Assembly: GCA_964500155.1 (NCBI GenBank)
Contig: CAZCQC010000002.1
Span: 1-34,184 of the forward strand
DNA length: 34,184 bases
Origin: an uncultured Rikenellaceae bacterium
Lineage (GTDB): Bacteria; Bacteroidota; Bacteroidia; Bacteroidales; VadinHA17
Direction of reading: 5' to 3'
Shown here: positions 8,870 through 15,379 of the stretch, piece after piece
How the letters are laid out: each line of letters opens with the position of its first letter
How positions within the stretch are numbered: position 1 is the stretch's first letter
Translations under genes and position numbers: made by a program
The notes under the pieces: model-generated
What the model saw: only the letters and a program-made list of their open reading frames with translations
What the model was told of the DNA's origin: nothing
Database searches by the model: none

Positions 8870-10024
8870 TTAATAATGGCACTTCATGCATTCTGTACCT
8901 CCAATATCCCCGACAGTAACACTATCAGTCTCTTGTTTGCGGATCTTTTCCGAAAGATCCCTGTACTCCTCATAAAACTTGTTGTTTAGAAAATTAACAT
9001 TCTTAGTGCGGTGGCAATTAATGCACCATCCCATAGTTAATTCATTCGCAAGTCCGATCCTGTCTGTCTTTTCAACGGGGCCATGACATTCCTGGCAGCT
9101 TATGCCTCCTGCACCTGCATGCTGTCCATGGCTGAAGAATACATGATCAGGCAGATTATACACTTTAATCCATTCAATAGACTTCAATTCCTCATAGTCC
9201 CTGATTATTTTAGCTATTTCAAACGCACCTGAACGTGTCCCGTTTCTCACCAACAGATGGCAGTTCATACAGACATTCTCCGGGGGAAACCCTGCCGATT
9301 TGCTGTAAGGAGCATAACTATGACAGTAAATACAATCTGTTTTATTCTGTCCGGCATGAACTGCATGCGAAAATTTTACAGGCTGATCGGGTGCATAACC
9401 CGGGGAATGACCAATTGCTATTGCGCCTGCAACAAGCGACCTGGTTATAAAAATACCTGTGAAAATAAGTACGATGAAGTGGATCCACTGTTTTCGTAAT
9501 TTTTTGCTGATTATCAGGTCTGTGACTGAAATCAGAAATAAGATGGAAGCAATTATGAACAGGAAAAGATTTGTTACTACAGGTTTGTGTTGTTTAAGGC
9601 CCATAACTGTCAGTTTATCCATATATGATTTGATCAAAATTACCTCTTCGTCAGATAATTGAAATCCTTTGTGCACCTGTGTCATTTTTTTCCCTGCAGG
9701 ATTGAGCAATACTTTCCCTAAATCAGCCGCACTTTTATCCAGGTACTTCATAGAAATATCCAGGGCATCCGGATTCCAGTTTAAAGTGTCCGATACCTGC
9801 GTATTGTGACAACTGGCACAGTTTATTGATTTATTCTCAAGGTATACAAGACCATAGAAAAGTCTTTCCCCCCTTATAAGGGCTTCAGTTTCAGAAATCC
9901 CCTGTTTATAAATTGTGGAATCATTCTCCTGTAATATATTTGAGAAGACCGGATTAATAATAACTGAGAGTAAAAAGAAAAGAAATAAATACCGTAATTT
10001 TTCTACCGGAAAAGAATTATGCAT
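8870..10024 (-). CDS. actA: Alternative Complex III subunit ActA, multihaem cytochrome c (six CxxCH motifs)
   Basis: CxxCH motifs CASCH, CIYCH, CMNCH, CQECH, CINCH and CMKCH. Signal peptide plus two internal TM helices. The ORF-track start at 10027 is TTG; the adjacent in-frame ATG at 10024 is preferred. Confidence 0.85.
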   Translation of the reverse strand: MHNSFPVEKLRYLFLFFLLSVIINPVFSNILQENDSTIYKQGISETEALIRGERLFYGLVYLENKSINCASCHNTQVSDTLNWNPDALDISMKYLDKSAADLGKVLLNPAGKKMTQVHKGFQLSDEEVILIKSYMDKLTVMGLKQHKPVVTNLFLFIIASILFLISVTDLIISKKLRKQWIHFIVLIFTGIFITRSLVAGAIAIGHSPGYAPDQPVKFSHAVHAGQNKTDCIYCHSYAPYSKSAGFPPENVCMNCHLLVRNGTRSGAFEIAKIIRDYEELKSIEWIKVYNLPDHVFFSHGQHAGAGGISCQECHGPVEKTDRIGLANELTMGWCINCHRTKNVNFLNNKFYEEYRDLSEKIRKQETDSVTVGDIGGTECMKCHY

Positions 10025-10099
10025 CAATAGTAAATTTTAGAATATTTATACTTAATGACCAGAATTAAGCTAAAATCTCCCAACAAAATCCATCCAACT

Positions 10100-10107
10100 C
10101 AAAAATA
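10100..10107 (-). promoter_or_regulatory. Candidate Bacteroidota -7 box (TATTTTTG on the - strand) for the act operon
   Basis: The + strand reads CAAAAATA, which is TAnnTTTG on the - strand, about 75 nt upstream of the actA ATG. No convincing -33 TTTG was verified. Confidence 0.25.
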
Positions 10108-10172
10108 TGAAAAGGAATAAAATTATATGAATTAATCCTGGAATTATTTCGTTTAAAGTAATATTTTGCTCA

Positions 10173-10211
10173 GGTTGCGGGTTACTTGTTTCCAACAAGC
10201 AACCGGCAACC
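10173..10211. other. 39-nt imperfect palindrome/hairpin in the divergent act/lipoprotein intergenic region
   Basis: GGTTGC-g-GGTT-a-CTTGTT tcc AACAAG-c-AACC-g-GCAACC. That is 16 paired positions in three blocks, with two single mismatches and a 3-nt loop. No T-tract on either strand. Confidence 0.5.
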
Positions 10212-10365
10212 TTCGACTTAAATTATAAGTTAAATTTAGCACTTTAAAAGTCAGAATAAACTAATTTCAAACATTTTATAGTTTGACCTCTGTTCGCATT
10301 CGGATTTTACCATAATTTTTTTACTTGTTGATCGTTTATCTTATATATATTTAAAATACCTGAAT

Positions 10366-11187
10366 ATGAAAAAGCTATTTTCAATTTCTCTTGTTTTGTT
10401 ACTTTCAGTTGTTTTGATGCACAGCTGTAAAAAGGATAAGGGCGATCCTCCGGTTTTGCCGCCTTCTGAATCTATGACAATTGACTTCAGCAATTTTGAT
10501 TCCGGCAAAAAAGGAGATGGTTCAATTTCCATTCCCAAAGGAACCCTAACCAGTAATTGGGAGTTTGCGGCAGGCGCCGCCATGTTATTTAACGCTGTAA
10601 TTTATACTACTCTTGCAGTTCCAGTATATGCATTTCAGGTGGCGACTGAGCAGAAAGCAGTATATGTAGATAACGCTACCTGGCAGTGGACCGGTAATGC
10701 AACTCTGCTCAACGTAACTTATTCTGCACGTCTCACAGGTCAGATTACGACGTCAAATGTCGTATGGAAAATGTACATAACAAAACAGGGGACCGGTGGA
10801 TATACCGATTTCCTGTGGTTTGAAGGGACATCTGCACTTGATGGCAAATCAGGACAATGGAAACTAAATGAAAGCCAGCAGAATCCGGTAGAGATTGTCA
10901 GGATCGACTGGACAATTGCCGGCAGCAGTATTGGCTCAGTCAAATACACATATACAAAGACTGGAAATACATTTGCCAACAGTTATATTGAGTACGGACT
11001 GACAACCGGCACATTAAATGCATACTATACAATCTATTACTACAATGCCCAGTATGAACAATTCTTTGATATGAACGTACTCTGGAGTACAACACTGAAA
11101 AATGGAAGAGTAAAATGCCTGAAATTCTTCGGGACTTCTGACTTTTACTGCTGGGACGGTAATTATCTGAATGTGACCTGTCAGTAA
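10366..11187 (+). CDS. Hypothetical lipoprotein, function unknown
   Basis: ATG start. Signal peptide ending in lipobox-like LMHSC. Thr/Tyr/Asn-rich, probably beta-rich, mature part with C-terminal Cys residues (CLKFF...CWDGNYLNVTC). No motif I can assign. A clean terminator follows. Confidence 0.6.
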   Translation: MKKLFSISLVLLLSVVLMHSCKKDKGDPPVLPPSESMTIDFSNFDSGKKGDGSISIPKGTLTSNWEFAAGAAMLFNAVIYTTLAVPVYAFQVATEQKAVYVDNATWQWTGNATLLNVTYSARLTGQITTSNVVWKMYITKQGTGGYTDFLWFEGTSALDGKSGQWKLNESQQNPVEIVRIDWTIAGSSIGSVKYTYTKTGNTFANSYIEYGLTTGTLNAYYTIYYYNAQYEQFFDMNVLWSTTLKNGRVKCLKFFGTSDFYCWDGNYLNVTCQ

Positions 11188-11234
11188 TAACAGAAATGCT
11201 GCAATAGAAAAATAAAATATAAGATGGAATAAAA

Positions 11235-11264
11235 TACCTCCCGTTTTTAATGGGGGGTATTTTT
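11235..11264 (+). terminator. Rho-independent terminator after the lipoprotein gene
   Basis: TACCTCCC (11235-11242) pairs with GGGGGGTA (11252-11259), 8 bp including one G-U. The loop is 9 nt and TTTTT follows. Confidence 0.6.
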
Positions 11265-11312
11265 ATCACCATTTTTTACTACTTTTCGCCCCTAAATTAT
11301 AACAGGGTAAAT

Positions 11313-11921
11313 ATGTCAACAGGAAAAAAGGCTCTACTTTTTATTATTCTAATCCTGATTGCAGACCAGATTCTGAAATTATGGGTCAAAACTCATATGG
11401 TACTTGGACAGGAAATACATATTTTCGGTAACTGGGGCCTGCTTCATTTTATTGAAAACAACGGGATGGCCTTTGGAATGGAAATGGGTGGCAAAACCGG
11501 AAAAATCATTCTGAGTCTCTTCCGGATAGCAGCCATTTCAGGTATCGCATGGTTCCTGAACTCCCTTATAAAGAAAAGATCATACACCGGATTGATTCTT
11601 GCAGTCAGCGCCATACTTGCGGGAGCAATTGGGAATATTATCGACAGTGCTTTTTATGGAATAATCTTCAGTGAAAGCTATAGCCATCCTGCTGTTATAT
11701 TTGGGCCTGAAGGAGGTTACTCCTCCTTTTTGCTGGGAAGGGTGGTCGATATGTTTTATTTTCCTGTTATTAACACCACCTGGCCCGACTGGTCGCCTTT
11801 CCGACCAGGAGAATCGCTTGTGTTTTTTCGTCCGGTATTCAATATTGCTGATTCTGCAATAACCTGTGGTGTATTGGCAATAGTGATTTTCCAGAAGAAA
11901 ATGTTCAGGGATCTGAAATAA
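11313..11921 (+). CDS. lspA: Lipoprotein signal peptidase (signal peptidase II)
   Basis: NNGMAFG, GNIIDS and FNIADSAI motifs, including the two catalytic Asp contexts. Four TM helices. The ATG at 11313 is preferred because the longer ORF (11250) overlaps the upstream terminator. Confidence 0.85.
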   Translation: MSTGKKALLFIILILIADQILKLWVKTHMVLGQEIHIFGNWGLLHFIENNGMAFGMEMGGKTGKIILSLFRIAAISGIAWFLNSLIKKRSYTGLILAVSAILAGAIGNIIDSAFYGIIFSESYSHPAVIFGPEGGYSSFLLGRVVDMFYFPVINTTWPDWSPFRPGESLVFFRPVFNIADSAITCGVLAIVIFQKKMFRDLK

Positions 11922-11996
11922 AATAAGTTCCTGAATGCTGGTTGCTTTTTGCCGGATAACCTTTAAATTTTTAAATTACAGCATCAGGATTGAGGT

Positions 11997-12293
11997 TTAC
12001 CGGCAACAATCTCCGATGCAATTCAGAAGGGCGACGATACTATCGTGCTTCAGATAATAATATGTGTTTTTCCCTTCACGCTTCGATCCTAAAACTCCCT
12101 TGTCCTTAAGTATTCCAAGATGATGTGATGCTGTTGACTGTTCAATTCCTATCTGATTGTGTATCTCGGTAACGCTCTTTCTTTTACCTGGTTCGAGGCA
12201 GCCGATAATTAATATCCTGACAGGGTGTGCCATCGCCTTCATCATTCCTGCTGCCTTTTCGAGACTCTCCGGTTTCAAGCTTTTTATTTCCAT
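11997..12293 (-). CDS. ArsR/SmtB-family winged-helix transcriptional regulator
   Basis: 98 aa. KAMAHPVRILII...SVTEIHNQIGIEQSTASHHLGILKDKGVL is the classic ArsR HTH. C-terminal Cys cluster NCIGDCC. Confidence 0.85.
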   Translation of the reverse strand: MEIKSLKPESLEKAAGMMKAMAHPVRILIIGCLEPGKRKSVTEIHNQIGIEQSTASHHLGILKDKGVLGSKREGKNTYYYLKHDSIVALLNCIGDCCR

Positions 12294-12313
12294 TAATACT
12301 AAATTTCTTTCAA

Positions 12314-12321
12314 CAAATATA
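12314..12321 (-). promoter_or_regulatory. Candidate -7 box (TATATTTG on the - strand) for the ArsR-family gene
   Basis: The + strand reads CAAATATA, a perfect TAnnTTTG on the - strand, 21-28 nt upstream of the ATG at 12293. Confidence 0.35.
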
Positions 12322-12405
12322 TTACAATTTTTACTGGAAGGCCTTCAACAATAGTATTACAGTGGCCTTACTAATTTAAAATTTAACATTTAATCCCTAT
12401 TTTAG

Positions 12406-12413
12406 TATATTTG
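12406..12413 (+). promoter_or_regulatory. Candidate -7 box (TATATTTG) for the polyprenyl synthase gene
   Basis: Perfect TAnnTTTG ending 15 nt before the ATG at 12428. This would give a very short leader. Confidence 0.3.
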
Positions 12414-12427
12414 ACGAAAATCCTTAC

Positions 12428-13402
12428 ATGTCTGACCTGGGGAATATAAAGAAACCTGTTAAGGAAGAAATGGCTCAGTTTGAAGCCTATTTCGGCAGGA
12501 CGATGCAAAGCAAAATTCCCCTCCTGAAAATAATACTAAACTATATCTTCCGGCGTAAAGGCAAGCAGATGAGGCCTTTGCTTGTTTTCCTGAGCGCAAA
12601 GCTTAACGGGGAAATAGGTGAACCAACTTATGTTGCAGCAACTTTGATCGAACTTCTTCATACAGCATCCCTTGTTCATGATGATGTTGTGGATAATGCC
12701 AATGAAAGACGGGGTGCTCTTTCAATAAATGCTCTGTGGAACTCCAAGATCGCAGTTCTTGTGGGGGATTACATGTTGACAAAGGGAATGCTGATAAGCA
12801 TTGAAAAAAACCGGATCGATATGCTTGAATTAGCCTCCGAAGCAGTAAAATCAATGACTGAAGGAGAGTTGCTTCAACTTCAGAAAGCAAGGAAGTTGAA
12901 TATCAGGGAGGAAGATTATTTCCGGATCATCAAAGGTAAAACTGCAGCACTTATTTCAGCATGTACCGCATGCGGCGCAAGGTCAGCAACAAGTAATCCT
13001 GATACCATTCAGCTTATGAAAGAACTGGGGGAAAGTATTGGAATTGCCTTCCAGATCCGTGACGATCTCCTTGATTATGAAGGCAATGGACTGACGGGGA
13101 AAATATCAGGGAACGATATCAGGGAAAAGAAAATCACACTGCCACTGATTTATTCTCTTGAAAAAGCTTCACTTTCCAGAAAAAGACATATTCTGCACAT
13201 CATCGGGAATAATAAAAAATCAAGATCTGAGGTAGACGAGGTAATCAGATTTGTTTCAGAGAACGGAGGTATGGAATATGCGGCGCTCAGAATGAATCAG
13301 TACCGGGATAAGGCGCTTGCAATCCTTGATACTTATCCGGAGTCGGAGGTAAAGGAATCACTCAGGGAGTTTGTTCGTTATACAGTTTCGAGGGATAAGT
13401 AG
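12428..13402 (+). CDS. Polyprenyl diphosphate synthase (trans-isoprenyl, IspB-like; chain length not determinable)
   Basis: First and second Asp-rich motifs LVHDDVVDNANERRG and FQIRDDLLDY. Length of 324 aa is typical. Confidence 0.9.
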   Translation: MSDLGNIKKPVKEEMAQFEAYFGRTMQSKIPLLKIILNYIFRRKGKQMRPLLVFLSAKLNGEIGEPTYVAATLIELLHTASLVHDDVVDNANERRGALSINALWNSKIAVLVGDYMLTKGMLISIEKNRIDMLELASEAVKSMTEGELLQLQKARKLNIREEDYFRIIKGKTAALISACTACGARSATSNPDTIQLMKELGESIGIAFQIRDDLLDYEGNGLTGKISGNDIREKKITLPLIYSLEKASLSRKRHILHIIGNNKKSRSEVDEVIRFVSENGGMEYAALRMNQYRDKALAILDTYPESEVKESLREFVRYTVSRDK

Positions 13403-13413
13403 ATATTTTAAAT

Positions 13414-13440
13414 CCCGCCAACCGGCGTACAGAGGGGGAG
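13414..13440. repeat. Degenerate fragment of the palindromic repeat family (CCCGCCAACCGGCG + AGAGGGGGAG)
   Basis: Lies in the 40-nt convergent gap between the polyprenyl synthase and MFS genes. CCCGCCAAC-CGGCG resembles CCCGCCAACTGGCG at 30221-30234. AGAGGGGGA matches the 3' half of the hairpin at 32304-32312. Confidence 0.35.
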
Positions 13441-13442
13441 TT

Positions 13443-14726
13443 TTATGCCACTTCCAGTCTGATCTTTGTAACTTTCTCCATATCAGAATTATAATATCTG
13501 GATCCCAGATAAAACAGAACTGTCCCAATCAGAAGAGCAAATGGAAGGATACTTATAGCAGTTTTTATATTCGAGAGGTCCGATATCTTTCCCAATACTA
13601 TTGGTGCAGTAAATGAGCCCAACAGGTTTTGGACAGCGACAGCAATGGCATAGGAGGTTGCACGCATTCCGGGATGAATGACATCCTGAGTAACAGCTGC
13701 TGCTCCGGCCAAAAAGGTCATTACCCAGGCACCAAAAATGAACAATACGATAATTTGCCCCGTTCCCTTAAACAGGTATAAAGCAATAAAAAGCAATAAG
13801 GCTGAAATCATGGTCGAAATAGTCGGAAACAGAAGCCTGGCATTGGATTTCTTTTCCCTCCATTTATCAGTTAAATATCCGCCAAGCGGTGCCCCGATAA
13901 GCGCTAAAAGCATTACTGCTCCTGCCAATGTCCCGGCTAATTTTGGCTCAATCTTTAATTCAGATGCAAAATAGGTCGGGAGCCAGACAATCATAGCTGT
14001 TGTAACAAAAACAATTGCCGCCATTCCGAAATAAGTAAAAAGTACTGATGGTCTGGAAAGAAATTCTTTGAACATATCTTTTTTTTCCATCTTTATCTTT
14101 TGATTGCTCTTGTCAATGTAAGAAAGGTCAACTGTCTTATAATCTTTGACAAATAAGAACAATATCGCCACAAGAAGTCCTGGAATCGCAACAAGTCCAA
14201 ATGCATGTTTCCAACCAAGCGACGCAGCAATAAGGCCACCCATTGAGACTCCTATAGCGGACCCAATGGGGATTGATGCATTCCAGAATCCCATAATCTT
14301 GGATCTTTTTTCTAATGGATACATTCCTGAAATTAAGGCAGTCCCACCGGGAGCGTAGCCTGCTTCACCAAATCCTATCAGGATTCTTGCCATAAACAGC
14401 TGGACATAATTTCCTGTGAAAGCGCACAATGCGGTGGCAAGACTCCAGACAATTGCCATGATCCCAATAGTTTTTGTCCTGCTCCAGCGGTCAATCACCA
14501 GGGAAACGGGAAATGTAAGGATGCCGATTGAAAGGTAAATTATTGATACCAGCCAGCCGCTTTGTGTGGCGTTAATCGACCATTCTGCCTGGATAAATGA
14601 GAACATGGAGTTTACAACCATCCTGTCGGCATAATCAAAAACATATAACAGGAAGAGTAAAATGAAAACGTAGTTTGAATACCTTTTCGAAAAAAGATAT
14701 CCTTTCTGATCATAAGTATTTTTCAT
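13443..14726 (-). CDS. MFS transporter
   Basis: About 12 TM helices. A D-R-W-S-R-T-K loop motif between TM2 and TM3. 427 aa. Confidence 0.85.
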   Translation of the reverse strand: MKNTYDQKGYLFSKRYSNYVFILLFLLYVFDYADRMVVNSMFSFIQAEWSINATQSGWLVSIIYLSIGILTFPVSLVIDRWSRTKTIGIMAIVWSLATALCAFTGNYVQLFMARILIGFGEAGYAPGGTALISGMYPLEKRSKIMGFWNASIPIGSAIGVSMGGLIAASLGWKHAFGLVAIPGLLVAILFLFVKDYKTVDLSYIDKSNQKIKMEKKDMFKEFLSRPSVLFTYFGMAAIVFVTTAMIVWLPTYFASELKIEPKLAGTLAGAVMLLALIGAPLGGYLTDKWREKKSNARLLFPTISTMISALLLFIALYLFKGTGQIIVLFIFGAWVMTFLAGAAAVTQDVIHPGMRATSYAIAVAVQNLLGSFTAPIVLGKISDLSNIKTAISILPFALLIGTVLFYLGSRYYNSDMEKVTKIRLEVA

Positions 14727-14868
14727 AGAGGTTTTAATAGGTTTTCCTTAGACCAAGTAAATAAAAATTAGCCATTGTTGATGTTTTTATTGTAATTTTA
14801 AGTCTTTATACTTACTTAAAGCAAGAATTACAGGGTTTATTTTTTTGTATAATCCAAATATTAAGCAG

Positions 14869-15318
14869 ATGACAACATTACGACAAATTGAGGAATTTCT
14901 TGGATCCGAACCCCTGGCAATGGCCGGAGTATCGCGTAACCCGAAAAAATTTGGCTATGCAGCATTCAAGGAATTAAAGGCAAAAGGAATGAACCTGATT
15001 CCTGTAAATCCACATGCGGAGGAGATCCTTGGGGCAAAAGTTTATCATGATATCAAAAGTCTTCCTGATGATGTCCGCGGACTTATTATCATGACGGGTA
15101 AAAACCAGACAGCAGGAGTGATAAGGGAAGCAAAGGAGAAAGGGATAAAACAGATCTGGGTACAACAGATGGCCGATAGCAAAGATGCGATTAAAGAGCT
15201 CGAGGGATCTGGTGTTAATTTTATAACAAAAGAATGCATTCTGATGCATTATAAACCAAACAGCATACATAAATTTCATCGTACAATCAATAAATTGTTC
15301 AGAAGGTTTCCCAGGTAA
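14869..15318 (+). CDS. CoA-binding domain protein (YccU/YneT-like)
   Basis: MAGVSRNPKKFGYAAFKELKAKGMNLIPVNP matches the CoA_binding_2 N-terminal pattern. The ATG at 14869 is preferred over the TTG at 14845. Confidence 0.7.
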   Translation: MTTLRQIEEFLGSEPLAMAGVSRNPKKFGYAAFKELKAKGMNLIPVNPHAEEILGAKVYHDIKSLPDDVRGLIIMTGKNQTAGVIREAKEKGIKQIWVQQMADSKDAIKELEGSGVNFITKECILMHYKPNSIHKFHRTINKLFRRFPR

Positions 15319-15379
15319 CATATTATTTGTAGTATACCCCAAATAGTCTTTCGCTCATTGCCTTACAAACTGATAATGA

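Noticed and set aside
5935-9662. Several 60-80-aa ORFs antisense to or out of frame with actB and actA (5935-6120, 6947-7165, 8179-8388, 9235-9450, 9257-9499, 9459-9662)
   Set aside because: These are shadow ORFs wholly inside strongly supported genes, with no motifs.
10326-10342. TTGATcgttTATCT, considered as an FNR/CRP-type box (TTGAT-N4-ATCAA) in the act/lipoprotein spacer
   Set aside because: Only the left half-site matches. The right half does not resemble ATCAA.
11250-11312. Upstream extension of the lspA ORF (ORF-track start at 11250)
   Set aside because: The extension overlaps the terminator hairpin of the preceding gene and encodes non-LspA-like sequence. The ATG at 11313 begins directly before the first TM helix.
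14845-14868. TTG-initiated extension of the CoA-binding protein ORF
   Set aside because: An in-frame ATG at 14869 gives a protein of typical length. The extension adds no recognisable sequence.
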